Assembly: GCA_016935915.1 (NCBI GenBank)
Contig: JAFGQB010000034.1
Span: 44,869 to 108,868, forward strand
Direction of reading: 5' to 3'
DNA: 64,000 bases
Source: Spirochaetota bacterium
GTDB taxonomy: Bacteria; Spirochaetota; GWE2-31-10; JAFGQB01
The translations under genes and the position numbers were made by a program. Below the pieces are notes generated by a model. That model did not search any database. It saw only the letters and a program-made list of their open reading frames with translations, and was not told the DNA's origin. How positions within the stretch are numbered: position 1 is the first letter of the stretch; every line of letters starts with the position of its first letter. Positions 40,064 through 51,187 of this stretch are shown piece after piece.

Positions 40064-40432
40064 ATGAATAAAAAAAAATTTAAAATATTAATTGTAGAAG
40101 ATGAAGCTATTAATTTTTTATATCTTCAAAGAATTTTATCTGATAAAAATACAACAATTTTGCATGCTAAGAACGGCAAGGATGCAGTTAATAATATAAA
40201 AAAATATAATGACATAGATTGTATATTATTAGACATAAAATTGCCTGATAAAAATGGATTGGAAATCGCGGAAGAAATAAAAAAAATAAAGAATATCCCA
40301 ATAATCATTCAAACAGCATATGATATAAATAATTATAAAAGAAACAATTTTACCAGATATGCGGATGAATTTTTATCAAAACCGATTATGAGAGATCAAT
40401 TAATGAAATTAATTGATAAATATAAAAAATAG
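40064..40432 (+). CDS. Stand-alone CheY-like response regulator receiver protein.
   Basis: 122 aa. ILIVEDE start. ILLDIKLPDKNG phospho-acceptor region. Conserved Thr/Ala-Tyr and Lys (LSKP). Confidence 0.8.
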   Translation: MNKKKFKILIVEDEAINFLYLQRILSDKNTTILHAKNGKDAVNNIKKYNDIDCILLDIKLPDKNGLEIAEEIKKIKNIPIIIQTAYDINNYKRNNFTRYADEFLSKPIMRDQLMKLIDKYKK

Positions 40433-40442
40433 GACAAAAATT

Positions 40443-41339
40443 ATGATTAAAATCAAATTATTAATTATTATTTTAGCTGCAAATATTTGCATAATGAACA
40501 TCAATGGCAGTACTGATTTATCTGATGATAAAGACAAAATCAAAGATCCTGTTATAATTTTTGAACTTGATAAAATAAAACATGAATCAGAAAATCCCGT
40601 GTTTGTTCAAAAAGGCGGTATGATGAGAGTTGGAGAACATTCTTTTTATATTCGAACCAATGATGAATGGACTGGATTTTCTACATTTTATATTGGTTAT
40701 AGATATGGAGTTAGCAAAGCATTTAATATTGCAGTAGAGGGTGGCTTTAGTGCTATCCCTTATGTTGCTTTAGCTAATGTACTTTTACACTTTAAAATGT
40801 TTGAAACAAAAAACAGATTTCTTTTTATAGGTACAAGGATAAGGACAGGTTATAAGTATATGGATATTGACTTTTCCGAAAAAAGTTTCTGGAAAGGTTC
40901 ACTTGGTAATGATTACCTGACTGCCAGAAGAAACGGTATGTATATAATAACGGATTTTACAATAGCAATCAGACCTGATAAAAAATTCAGAAGACACTGT
41001 ATTTATTACACTATCTATCCAAGGTTAGAAATTGATTTTTTTGATAAAAATTATCCATTCATGTTCATATTTTCTCCAATTATGCTGGGATATGAAGTTA
41101 GATACCCAAGAAAGGATTTTAAGTGGTCATTTGCAATAGAGGGAGGTTATTTTTTCCCCATACCTTGGAATCATGTACCTGAAGAGTTATGGGTAAATTT
41201 CCCCTGCCTTGCAAATATTATTTTCAGTTATAGAATCGGAGACAAGTTTTATTCTAAAGAAAATTATAAAAAATATGGACTTGAAAAACTCCCGAATAAA
41301 AAAAAGATAATTGAAAAAATGAAAAATTATAAATATTAA
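40443..41339 (+). CDS. Secreted aromatic-rich hypothetical protein, possibly a small beta-barrel OMP.
   Basis: About 298 aa from the ATG at 40443. Signal-like IKIKLLIIILAANICIMNINGS. Alternating aromatic/hydrophilic beta-strand-like pattern. Confidence 0.45.
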   Translation: MIKIKLLIIILAANICIMNINGSTDLSDDKDKIKDPVIIFELDKIKHESENPVFVQKGGMMRVGEHSFYIRTNDEWTGFSTFYIGYRYGVSKAFNIAVEGGFSAIPYVALANVLLHFKMFETKNRFLFIGTRIRTGYKYMDIDFSEKSFWKGSLGNDYLTARRNGMYIITDFTIAIRPDKKFRRHCIYYTIYPRLEIDFFDKNYPFMFIFSPIMLGYEVRYPRKDFKWSFAIEGGYFFPIPWNHVPEELWVNFPCLANIIFSYRIGDKFYSKENYKKYGLEKLPNKKKIIEKMKNYKY

Positions 41340-41649
41340 AAAGTTATCAACAAATATCAGAATAATGTATTTAATTTTTTTTAATTTTTCTGAATTTAAA
41401 TACTTTATTTATATAATTTTTAAAGTTTTTTAATTTTTTATAAAATTTATAATTCTATGAAAGATAAAAAGGGTAATTATTAAAAAAAAATGAATATTTT
41501 TTATATAAAATTGATGATATTTTATATGTATTTATATTAATATATATAATATAATAAATATATAAGTAAACATTTAATTATGTTTATTTATATTAAGTTA
41601 ATTAAAAATTAACTTAAATGTGAATCCTTTTAAAATAATATATTTTTTT

Positions 41650-41686
41650 AAGCTGTCTTTCTCTTTGAGAAGGCAGCTTTTTTTAT
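41650..41686 (+). terminator. Rho-independent terminator-like hairpin in the long spacer before tal.
   Basis: AAGCTGTCTT...AAGGCAGCTT stem (AGCTG-C/G-CAGCT), the only GC-rich element in a 455-nt AT spacer, followed by TTTTTTT. A-rich on the 5' side as well, so possibly bidirectional. Confidence 0.5.
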
Positions 41687-41794
41687 TAATAAAAATAAAA
41701 TAACTTTTTATATTAAATTTTTATTGAAAAAAAATCAATAATAACAGATAATAAATTTATCAATAACCAATAATTTATAATATCGGAGTTTAAA

Positions 41795-42754
41795 TTGTCA
41801 ATATTGGATAAATTAAAAACATATACAAAAGTTGTTGCTGATACCGGTGATTTTAAACAGATAATAAAATACAAACCTATTGACAGCACTACAAATCCCT
41901 CTTTAATTTTAAAAGCCGCAACTGATGATAATTATAAATTCTTAATTGAAAATACTGTCGATGAATGTAAAATGCTGAAAATCGCTGATAATAAAATACT
42001 CAATATTTGCACAGATCGTCTGGCGGTAAATTTCGGTATTGAAATCTTAAAAATAATTCCTGGTAGAATATCAACTGAAGTTGATGCCAGACTCTCATTT
42101 GATACTGAAAACACAGTAATAAAAGCAAAAGAACTAATTAAATTATATGAAGAAAAAGGAATAAATAAGGACAGAATATTGATCAAAATAGCATCTACAT
42201 GGGAAGGCATTAAAGCATGTAAAATACTGGAAAAAGAAAAAATACACTGCAATATGACTTTATTATTCAGTAAGGTTCAGGCTATAGCATGCGCTGAAGC
42301 AGGAGCAACATTAATTTCACCATTCGTCGGCAGAATCCTTGATTGGCATATAAAAGAAAAAGGATTAAAAGAAATACTTCAAAAAGATGACCCCGGAGTT
42401 ATTTCAGTAAAAAAAATTTTTAATTATTATAAAAAGTTTAATTATAAAACTGAGATAATGGGAGCAAGTTTCAGGAATATAGGAGAAATTATTGAATTAG
42501 CAGGATGCGATCTACTTACAATATCTCCGGATTTATTAGAAGAGCTTGACAATAAAGATGACGCACTTATAAAAAAATTAGATCCGCAGAAATCCAAAGA
42601 AATGAATATTGAAAAAATTTCCTTAGATGAAAAAAAATTCAGATGGCTGTTAAATGAAAATCAAATGGCTACAGAAAAACTCTCCGAAGGAATAAGAAAA
42701 TTTGCTTCTGATTTAATAAAATTAGAAAATTTTATTGCTAATAATTTTAAATAA
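41795..42754 (+). CDS. tal: Transaldolase.
   Basis: 319 aa. [11 protein letters not shown] start. TTNPSLIL block. Schiff-base Lys context NMTLLFS. Confidence 0.9.
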   Translation: MSILDKLKTYTKVVADTGDFKQIIKYKPIDSTTNPSLILKAATDDNYKFLIENTVDECKMLKIADNKILNICTDRLAVNFGIEILKIIPGRISTEVDARLSFDTENTVIKAKELIKLYEEKGINKDRILIKIASTWEGIKACKILEKEKIHCNMTLLFSKVQAIACAEAGATLISPFVGRILDWHIKEKGLKEILQKDDPGVISVKKIFNYYKKFNYKTEIMGASFRNIGEIIELAGCDLLTISPDLLEELDNKDDALIKKLDPQKSKEMNIEKISLDEKKFRWLLNENQMATEKLSEGIRKFASDLIKLENFIANNFK

Positions 42755-42807
42755 AATTACAATAACAAAATAACAAAGACAATAAAAATTATTTAATCAA
42801 AATAAAT

Positions 42808-44001
42808 TTAATTTGATTTCTTAATAATAATCCTTGAAGCTGAAAAAAAATTTATTAAGGCAATGATTCCTCCAATTAGAAAAACATAATAAAAATTAAA
42901 ATACTTCCAGATTAAACTGCTTATCAATGCAATAGAAATAGAAAAAATATGATCAATGGTTACTCCCATTGTTAAGGTTTGAGAAATATCTTCTTTAGAT
43001 ACAGCAATCTTTTTTAAATAAGTAGCTCTGGCAATGGAAACTGACATCAAAAGCTGATCAATTATATAACAGATGAAAGTCAGTATTAATGCAATTTTAA
43101 AAGGGAATAATAATTTTGCAAAACCATATCCTAAACAAATAAAAATTAAAATAAATGCTTCAGACATTAATATAAATCTTTCCCCAAATTTATCAGTCAT
43201 TCTGCCAAGTAGAGGCTTAAAAAAAATGCCTATTATTCCACCTATTGTCAATAATGTTGCAATTATATAAGTTTTTTGATAATAAACAATGACTAAAACC
43301 CATGGAGCAAAAGTTATAAATATCTGTTTGCGAGTACCGTAAAGTATATTTAGCCAGTAAAACAAACTATATTCTTTTCTTAAAAGAAATTTAGATTTAA
43401 CCGACATTGGTTTATTAGGGGACATAAATAATAACAAAGCAGATGCAAAAATAAAGCCTGAGCCAGCAATTAAAAATGAGTTTCTAAAATTAAAATTAAA
43501 AAATTTAAATACAATAAAAATAAAAAAACTACCAATGATTGCAAATAAATTTTGAGCTCCATAAAATTGCCCCAACCTCCTGCCTTCTTTATTTTTTGTT
43601 GCCAATTCCATGCCTATGCTTGAGTTTAACGGCAAAAAAAGATGCTGCCCTGTACTGTAGATAAAGAGCCATATAAGCATTATATTAAAATTAAAGGAAA
43701 ACAGTCCAATTAACATTATGCCAATGCCAGCCAAAAAGTTAGCAAAAACAGCCAATCTTCTGGAGCAAAAGAAAAAAAGAATTGCTGAAACAAAAACAAC
43801 TAGAAATCCAGGCATTTCCCTCGGCAGTTCAAGAAATCCTCTCTGAAATGAGCTAATCCTAAATGTTTCATTTAAATAATTGTTAAAAGTTGAATCCATT
43901 AATCCTTGAGAAAATCCAAAAAATGAAATGGCAAATAAAAATAGTACAAAGTCTTTTGATAAACTTTGTACTTTTCTATATAAAGAATTCAACAAATTCA
44001 T
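42808..44001 (-). CDS. MFS-type transporter. Last gene of the gltB-gltD operon.
   Basis: 397 aa with about 12 predicted TM helices. 32-nt gap after gltD. Confidence 0.65.
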   Translation of the reverse strand: MNLLNSLYRKVQSLSKDFVLFLFAISFFGFSQGLMDSTFNNYLNETFRISSFQRGFLELPREMPGFLVVFVSAILFFFCSRRLAVFANFLAGIGIMLIGLFSFNFNIMLIWLFIYSTGQHLFLPLNSSIGMELATKNKEGRRLGQFYGAQNLFAIIGSFFIFIVFKFFNFNFRNSFLIAGSGFIFASALLLFMSPNKPMSVKSKFLLRKEYSLFYWLNILYGTRKQIFITFAPWVLVIVYYQKTYIIATLLTIGGIIGIFFKPLLGRMTDKFGERFILMSEAFILIFICLGYGFAKLLFPFKIALILTFICYIIDQLLMSVSIARATYLKKIAVSKEDISQTLTMGVTIDHIFSISIALISSLIWKYFNFYYVFLIGGIIALINFFSASRIIIKKSN

Positions 44002-44033
44002 TTAACCAGCCAAATATTCAAATTAAATTTTAA

Positions 44034-45476
44034 TTATTTTAAATAATCATTAATAACATTTGATAAGTCGCGTGCGTGAGCAAAAGCCCAAACAACAAGA
44101 GAAGCACCTCTTACAGCATCTCCAGCAGCAAAAACTCTTTCAACTGAGGTCATTCCATATCCGAAACTGTCTGTTTTAATATTGCCTTTTATATCAAATT
44201 CAACACCCATATCCAGTAAAAGTTTCGAATGTTCCGGATGGACAAAACCCATGGCAAGGAGTATCAGATCAGCATTTAATGAAAATTCTGTACCAGGTAT
44301 TTCTTTAAAATCCATTTTATTGTCTTTTTCAAACCATTCAACTGATACACCTAAAATTCCTTTAGCATTAATATTTTCACCAAAAAATTTTTTAGTTAAA
44401 ATATTCCATCTTCTTTCACAGCCTTCCAGATGACTGGATGAGTTCCTTAATTTTTTTGCATACATGGGCCAGGGAGTATCCGATGACCTTGACTCAGGAG
44501 GCTTTGGTAAAATCTCCAGCTGATATATTTCTTTAGCACCCTGTCTTCTGGCTGTACCTATGCAGTCAGCTCCTGTATCACCTCCACCAATAACAATTAC
44601 TTTTTTATTTTTTGCCGTTATAAGTTCAGAATGAGGGATTTCATCTTTTGCAACAGATTTATTTGATTGCTTTAAATATTCTACAGCAAAATGAATCCCA
44701 TTAAAACCTCTTCCTTCAAGCAATAAATCTCTCGGTTCCCTTGAACCTACAGTTAAGACTATTACATCATAGGATTTTTTTAATAAATTTACAGAAATAT
44801 CATCACCTGCATTTACATCAGTATTAAACTCTATACCTTCCATTTTCATCTGCTCTATTCTTCTGTCTATGATATATTTTTCCATTTTAAAATCCGGAAT
44901 TCCATATCGTAAAAAACCACCGATCCTGTCATCTTTTTCAAAAACAACAACTGTATGACCCTGTCTGTTTAAATTTTGTGCAATTACCAAACCAGCAGGA
45001 CCTGATCCGATTACAGCAATTTTTTTACCTGTACGTTTTTTTGGAGGCTCAGGTAATATCCAGCCGTTTTCAAAACCTTTTTCGATTATTGCCAATTCTA
45101 TATTTTTAATTGTTACAGGTTCCATCCCAAAATTCAATGTACAGGCTTCTTCGCATAGAGCAGGACAAACAATACCGGTTATTTCAGGAAAATTACTTGT
45201 CGAATGTAAAATATTTAAAGCATCCTTCCATTGCCCTTTGTAAACAGCATCATTGAAGTCTGGGATCAAATTTGAAAGAGGACAGCCAAATCCGTGACAA
45301 AAGGGTATCCCGCAATCCTGACATCTTGAAGCTTGTGATTTTATAAAATCCTCAGTATAATCCAAATAAATATTTTTATAATCTCTTATTCTTTCTTGTA
45401 TGTCTCTGTATTTAAAATCTTTTCTTGTTATATTCATGAAATTATAAGAATTTTTTTTAAAATTTTCCTCAGCCAT
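44034..45476 (-). CDS. gltD: Glutamate synthase (NADPH) small subunit.
   Basis: 480 aa. N-terminal Fe-S Cys clusters (CQDCGIPFCH, CPALCEEAC). FAD/NAD Rossmann motifs IAVIGSGPAGL and VIVIGGGDTGADC. Confidence 0.9.
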   Translation of the reverse strand: MAEENFKKNSYNFMNITRKDFKYRDIQERIRDYKNIYLDYTEDFIKSQASRCQDCGIPFCHGFGCPLSNLIPDFNDAVYKGQWKDALNILHSTSNFPEITGIVCPALCEEACTLNFGMEPVTIKNIELAIIEKGFENGWILPEPPKKRTGKKIAVIGSGPAGLVIAQNLNRQGHTVVVFEKDDRIGGFLRYGIPDFKMEKYIIDRRIEQMKMEGIEFNTDVNAGDDISVNLLKKSYDVIVLTVGSREPRDLLLEGRGFNGIHFAVEYLKQSNKSVAKDEIPHSELITAKNKKVIVIGGGDTGADCIGTARRQGAKEIYQLEILPKPPESRSSDTPWPMYAKKLRNSSSHLEGCERRWNILTKKFFGENINAKGILGVSVEWFEKDNKMDFKEIPGTEFSLNADLILLAMGFVHPEHSKLLLDMGVEFDIKGNIKTDSFGYGMTSVERVFAAGDAVRGASLVVWAFAHARDLSNVINDYLK

Positions 45477-48400
45477 GATAAACCTCCTCGGTTACATCCA
45501 TTGTAACAGATTTAGTTGATTCCTGTGATTTTAACCTTTCCATTGCAATCCTGTAATCGATTGGAAATACTTTGACAAATCTTTGAATTGAATCGTCCCA
45601 TGTTTCTAAAAGTCTTTTTGCAACCTGGCTTTCAGTATATCTATGATGATTTGTTATTAAACCTTTTAACACTTTAATATCTTCCTCTTTTGTTACAGGA
45701 ACAAGATCAACCATATCCAGATTGCATAAAGTATCAAAAAGCTGACTCTGATCAAGAACATAAGCGATTCCTCCGCTCATCCCTGCTGCAAAATTCCTTC
45801 CGGTATTACCCAGAACTACAACAGTACCTCCTGTCATGTACTCACATCCATGATCTCCAACACCTTCAACAACTGCTGTAACTCCGCTGTTTCTTACAGC
45901 AAATCTTTCACCGGCAGCTCCTCTAATGTAAACTTCACCTGTTATTGCACCATATAATAATGTATTACCAACAATGATATTATCACCAGGAAGGAAATTA
46001 CTTTTTTTAGGAGGATAAACTATTATTTTACCCCCAGAAATACCTTTGCCTAAATAATCATTTGCATAACCTTCAAGCTCAAGCGTTATACCTTTTGCTA
46101 AAAAAGCACCAAAACTCTGCCCTGCAGAACCATTGAATTTCAGCTTAATTGTATCATCTGGCAATCCCTTATCACCATGCTTTTTAACAACTTTATAGCT
46201 CAACATTGTACCTACACTTCTATGGATATTTCGTATATTTAAAGTTTTACTAACTTTAATCTTATTGTTTATTGATTCTTCAAGTAAATTTATCAGCAAA
46301 GTATTATCTAATGATGTATCCAGCATATGATCCTGTTTTTCAGTACATCTAACTGTTAAAGGATTATTTTCATCAGTATATAATATCTTTGAAAAATCAA
46401 GTGAATTTGCCTTCCAATGTTTAATTTCAGGATTAACCTCAATTAAATCAGTTCTCCCGATAAGTTCATCGATTGAACGAACACCTAATTGTGCCATAAA
46501 TTCTCTAGCTTCCTGAGCAATAAATTTAAAAAAATTAACAACATATTCAGGTTTGCCTATAAAAAGCTTTCGCAAGTCAGGGTCTTGAGTCGCAACTCCC
46601 ATAGTACATGTATTTAAATGACATTTTCTTAATAAACAACACCCCATGGAAACTAAAGCTGTTGTTGCAAAGCCAAATTCCTCAGCGCCAAGTATTGCAG
46701 CAATAACTACGTCTCTTCCTGATTTTATGCTTCCGTCAACCTGAAGCCTGATCTTGTCTCTCAATTTATTTTTGATTAAAACCTGCTGAGTTTCAGCAAG
46801 CCCCAACTCCCATGGAACTCCTGCATGCTGAATAGATGTCAATGGTGAGGCTCCAGTTCCGCCGTCGTAACCTGATATCAGCACCATATCTGCTTTTGCT
46901 TTGGCAACTCCTGCTGCAACAGTTGATACTCCGACTTCAGAAACCAATTTTACTGAAATTCGTGCATCCGGATTCACATTTTTTAAATCAAATATTAATT
47001 GCGCTATGTCTTCAATTGAATATATATCATGATGCGGAGGAGGTGAAATCAAAGTGACACCCGGAGTTGAATTTCTTACTTTTGCAATTATCTGATTAAC
47101 CTTATGTCCCGGCAGTTGTCCTCCTTCTCCCGGTTTTGCACCCTGGGCTATTTTTATCTGAAGCTCTTTGCTGTTGACCAGATAATTTACATTTACACCA
47201 AATCTTCCGGAAGCAACCTGTTTAATCGCAGAACATTTACTATCCCCGTTTGCAAGTCTGTTAAATCTTTCAGGATCTTCACCGCCTTCACCGCTGTTAC
47301 TCATACCTTTTATCCTGTTCATAGCAATTGCAAGAGTTTCATGAGCTTCTTTGCTTATTGAACCAAATGACATTGCACCTGAAACAAATCTCTTCATTAT
47401 ATTTTCAACAGGTTCAACTTCATCAATAGATATTGACTTAACTTTTTTAAATCTGAACATTCCTCTTAATGTATATAAACTTTTCTCCTGTTCATTGAAT
47501 GTCTTTGTGAATTCTTTAAAAGTTTCATAACTGTTTCTTCTAACACTGTCATGAAGTTTATATACTGTAACAGGATTCCATAAATGACGCTCTCCGTTTT
47601 TCCTGTAATGAAAAACACCTCCATATTCCAAAGGTTCAAGTGGAGCTTCGTTGACAAAAGAATCCACTCCTGGATCAAGTTCGGTTTCATTGTTGGGAAA
47701 AGCTTTTTCATATCTTTTTTTTATTTCCTCAACTATTATATCATAGCCGATGCCACTTAGTCTTGAAACTGTTCCTGTAAAGTGTTTATTGATTATGTCT
47801 TCACTGATCCCTATTGCTTCAAAAATCTGTGCACCCTGGTAGCTTCTTAAAGTAGATATACCCATTCTAGAAAGGGTTTTCAATAAACCCTTTTTTATTG
47901 CATTAATATAATTATCTATGGCATCTTCTAATGTTACTGAATCATTTATTTCGTTTTTATCTTTAAGATCAGTGATAGTCTGAAATGCAAGATACGGAAC
48001 AATTGCATTTGCTCCATAGCCTATTAATAAAGCATAATGCATTGTATCTCTTGCTTCACCTGTTTCAATTATTAAACCAACTGATTCCCTCTCTGCTGTT
48101 TTAATAAGATAATGATGCACACTCGATAAAGCCAAAAGAGAAGGCATGGGTATTCTGTTAATATTGTAATCTTTATCACTTAAAATTAATATTGCATTTC
48201 CTTCTTTTATTTTCTGACTGGCAAGAGAGCAAAGATCATCTATGGATTTTTCCAATTTTTTTCCATTAGATTTCACATCAAAGCATATAGACAAGGTTGC
48301 AGATTTTAATTCTGGTTTATTTGATTCTTTTATTACATTTATATCCTCAGGGCTCAAGATAGGATGAGGCAATTTTAGCTGTTTGCAATGATCCGGTGTT

Positions 48401-50055
48401 TCATTTAAAATATTGCCTTTTTTACCCAGCCAGGTCATTAAAGACATAACCAAAGATTCCTTATATGGATCAATAGGAGGATTTGTTACCTGGGCAAACA
48501 GTTGTTTAAAATAATTAAAAAAAAGCTGAGGTTTATCAGATAAAACAGCCAAAGGTACATCTATACCCATAGATCCTACTGGTTCCTGTCCGTTTAAAGC
48601 CATTGGAACAAGAATCATTTTCATTTCTTCTATTGTGTATCCGAATAAATGATGCGATTGAAGCAGTTTATAATTATTTATTTTTTCAGGCTTCGGTAAA
48701 TTAAAAAATTCCCTTAATTCTATCCTGTTTTTTTCAAGCCACCTTCTGTAAGGCAAACTTCTAATAATCCTTCCTTTCACTTCATTATCATAAGATATTC
48801 TTCCTGTTTCAGTATTAATGCTGATCATTTTCCCGGGTTGTAACCTTCCAAGACTTTTTACATTCTCCGGTTCTACCTCTATTACACCTACTTCACTGGC
48901 TAATATAATATAATCATCTTTTGTTACTATATATCTTGCAGGTCTTAATCCGTTACGATCAAGGGTTCCGCATATCATTGTTCCGTCAGTTGCAACTATT
49001 GCGGCAGGTCCGTCCCAGGGTTCCATGATTGAAGAATAATATTCATAAAATGCTCTTCTGTCTTCACTGATATAATATTTTTGACCAAATGCTTCAGGAA
49101 CCATTATCATTAAAGATTTTTCAATACTTCTGCCGCACTGAACTAATAATTCAAAAGTATTGTCAAACATCGCAGAATCACTTCCGCCGGGGACAACTAT
49201 AGGAAAAAGTTTTTTTATATCATCTCCAAAAATTGCTGATGACATTGATCTTTCCCTTGCATACATTTTATTGATATTTCCACGCAATGTGTTAATTTCT
49301 CCGTTATGAGCAATATATCTGAAAGGCTGGGCAAGTTTCCAAGATGGGAAAGTATTAGTACTGTATCTTTGATGTATAATAACGAATTTACTTTTTAACT
49401 TTTTATTTTTTAAATCCGGATAATATTCAGATAGCTGCTGTGCCAACAACATCCCCTTATAAATGATCGTTTTAGATGACAGACTGCATATATAAAAATC
49501 ATCAATGCAGTCCGGGCATTCGTCGGCAATGTTGTTTTCAATGACTCTGCGCAAAACATATAAATGCTGTTCACGATCGCTGTCAAAAGGCAAATTGACA
49601 AAAATCTGCATTATATGAGGTTGAGAATTTTTAGCAATTTCACCTAAAGATATGTCATTGACCGGTACAACCCTCCATGATAATATTTGATAACCTTCAT
49701 TGAAAACAACTTTTTCTATTTTTTCTCTGCATCTTTTAATTTTATCTTTATCATTTGGAAAAAAAATTTGACCGACTCCGTATTCACCAGTTTTTAAATT
49801 ATCAAGTTGAGGAACGAATTCCAAAAAAAAATCATGAGGTATTTGAAATAATAATCCGGCACCATCTCCAGTATTGGCATCACCTCCAACTGCTCCTCTG
49901 TGAGTGAGGTTTGTTAATGCTGTAAGCCCCATTTCAATAATCTTATGTTCGCTCTTCCTTTTTAAAGTTGCGATAAAACCTACACCGCAGGAATCATGTT
50001 CAAATTCAGGATTATATAATGGATATGGATCATCAGTTTTATGCCCGTCTTTCAT
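45469..50055 (-). CDS. gltB: Glutamate synthase large subunit.
   Basis: 1528 aa. Ntn amidotransferase start CGVGFIA. Central FMN/3Fe-4S domain. C-terminal GXGXG beta-helix (GAAGERFAVRNSG...GGTVVVLGNTGRNFAAGMSGG). Confidence 0.95.
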   Translation of the reverse strand: MKDGHKTDDPYPLYNPEFEHDSCGVGFIATLKRKSEHKIIEMGLTALTNLTHRGAVGGDANTGDGAGLLFQIPHDFFLEFVPQLDNLKTGEYGVGQIFFPNDKDKIKRCREKIEKVVFNEGYQILSWRVVPVNDISLGEIAKNSQPHIMQIFVNLPFDSDREQHLYVLRRVIENNIADECPDCIDDFYICSLSSKTIIYKGMLLAQQLSEYYPDLKNKKLKSKFVIIHQRYSTNTFPSWKLAQPFRYIAHNGEINTLRGNINKMYARERSMSSAIFGDDIKKLFPIVVPGGSDSAMFDNTFELLVQCGRSIEKSLMIMVPEAFGQKYYISEDRRAFYEYYSSIMEPWDGPAAIVATDGTMICGTLDRNGLRPARYIVTKDDYIILASEVGVIEVEPENVKSLGRLQPGKMISINTETGRISYDNEVKGRIIRSLPYRRWLEKNRIELREFFNLPKPEKINNYKLLQSHHLFGYTIEEMKMILVPMALNGQEPVGSMGIDVPLAVLSDKPQLFFNYFKQLFAQVTNPPIDPYKESLVMSLMTWLGKKGNILNETPDHCKQLKLPHPILSPEDINVIKESNKPELKSATLSICFDVKSNGKKLEKSIDDLCSLASQKIKEGNAILILSDKDYNINRIPMPSLLALSSVHHYLIKTAERESVGLIIETGEARDTMHYALLIGYGANAIVPYLAFQTITDLKDKNEINDSVTLEDAIDNYINAIKKGLLKTLSRMGISTLRSYQGAQIFEAIGISEDIINKHFTGTVSRLSGIGYDIIVEEIKKRYEKAFPNNETELDPGVDSFVNEAPLEPLEYGGVFHYRKNGERHLWNPVTVYKLHDSVRRNSYETFKEFTKTFNEQEKSLYTLRGMFRFKKVKSISIDEVEPVENIMKRFVSGAMSFGSISKEAHETLAIAMNRIKGMSNSGEGGEDPERFNRLANGDSKCSAIKQVASGRFGVNVNYLVNSKELQIKIAQGAKPGEGGQLPGHKVNQIIAKVRNSTPGVTLISPPPHHDIYSIEDIAQLIFDLKNVNPDARISVKLVSEVGVSTVAAGVAKAKADMVLISGYDGGTGASPLTSIQHAGVPWELGLAETQQVLIKNKLRDKIRLQVDGSIKSGRDVVIAAILGAEEFGFATTALVSMGCCLLRKCHLNTCTMGVATQDPDLRKLFIGKPEYVVNFFKFIAQEAREFMAQLGVRSIDELIGRTDLIEVNPEIKHWKANSLDFSKILYTDENNPLTVRCTEKQDHMLDTSLDNTLLINLLEESINNKIKVSKTLNIRNIHRSVGTMLSYKVVKKHGDKGLPDDTIKLKFNGSAGQSFGAFLAKGITLELEGYANDYLGKGISGGKIIVYPPKKSNFLPGDNIIVGNTLLYGAITGEVYIRGAAGERFAVRNSGVTAVVEGVGDHGCEYMTGGTVVVLGNTGRNFAAGMSGGIAYVLDQSQLFDTLCNLDMVDLVPVTKEEDIKVLKGLITNHHRYTESQVAKRLLETWDDSIQRFVKVFPIDYRIAMERLKSQESTKSVTMDVTEEVYHG

Positions 50056-50347
50056 TTACCAGCTCCAAAACCAGAGATTTTCATTTTATACAAATATAAG
50101 AAAAGGAATAATAATAAATAATTTATGGTTTTATAATATACAAATATAATTATCTATCATTTTGTCTTTTTACAAAATTTTTTAAAAAAAGTAAAGCATT
50201 TACAATTTATTTAATTATAAATAAAGCAAAAATTTATGTAAAAAATTAAAAAATGCCTATCAAATCATCAAAAATTTAAAAATTAGAGAGTAGTTTTCTA
50301 TATTTATACATAATTTTTATCTATTTTAAAATACGATTTTTAAATTA

Positions 50348-51181
50348 TTAATTATTAAACAATTTCAGCCAGCTCTCATATAATTTTTTATCAAGAATTT
50401 TATCTCTTTTAACAGCTCCGTTGAGTAAAATAGCTATCTTTTTTAATGCTGTTTTTATTAATGCTTCTCTTTTATCTTTTGGTAATGTTAAATTTTTATA
50501 AATATTTATAAGAGACATTACTCTGAATTTATCCATAGCTTCATATTTTTTACTTAATTGATCAGAATTTCCGCCGTATTTATATATCAAAGGCTTTTCA
50601 ATAAAACCAACATGTTCAAATGCACTTATCCTAAGCCACAAGTCATAATCTTCGCAAACAGGCAATGTTTCATTAAAACAGCCGTATCTATCAAAAATAT
50701 TTTTCTTTAACATAATACTTGACGGTGACATCAAACAAAGTTCAAGCGACCTTTCAAAAATATCTCCTCCGCTTTTTATATGACGTTTACCCTGATTTAC
50801 TCTTTTAGAATTTCTGATCCAGATCTCTTCTGTATGAACGACATTCAGATTTTTATTTTTCTTTAGAAATTCAACCTGTAATCTTATTTTATCCCTGATC
50901 CATTCATCATCGCTGTCAAGAAAACAAATTATGTCATAATTTGACTGTTTTATACCGATATTCCTTGAATAACTTACACCTTTGTTTTCGTCATTTCTGA
51001 ATAATCTGATCCTTTTATCTTTAAAATTTTTTACTGCATTATTTATTTCGATTTGAGAACAATCATCAATAATAATGATTTCAAAATCTTGATAAGTCTG
51101 ATTAAGAACACTTTTTAACGCTCTTTTTAATTCATCACCTCTATTGAAAACCGGAATAATTACTGACACGAAATCTTTCAT
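50348..51181 (-). CDS. Family 2 glycosyltransferase.
   Basis: 277 aa. VSVIIPVFN start. IIIDDCS DxD region. Co-operonic with the large secreted protein (6-nt gap). Confidence 0.8.
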   Translation of the reverse strand: MKDFVSVIIPVFNRGDELKRALKSVLNQTYQDFEIIIIDDCSQIEINNAVKNFKDKRIRLFRNDENKGVSYSRNIGIKQSNYDIICFLDSDDEWIRDKIRLQVEFLKKNKNLNVVHTEEIWIRNSKRVNQGKRHIKSGGDIFERSLELCLMSPSSIMLKKNIFDRYGCFNETLPVCEDYDLWLRISAFEHVGFIEKPLIYKYGGNSDQLSKKYEAMDKFRVMSLINIYKNLTLPKDKREALIKTALKKIAILLNGAVKRDKILDKKLYESWLKLFNN

Positions 51182-51187
51182 AAAAAA

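Noticed and set aside
40413-40442. Start of the secreted-protein ORF at 40413, overlapping the response-regulator stop.
   Set aside because: The ATG at 40443 gives a canonical signal peptide start (MIKIKLLIIIL). The extra upstream residues (MINIKNRTKI) overlap the REC gene and have no RBS.
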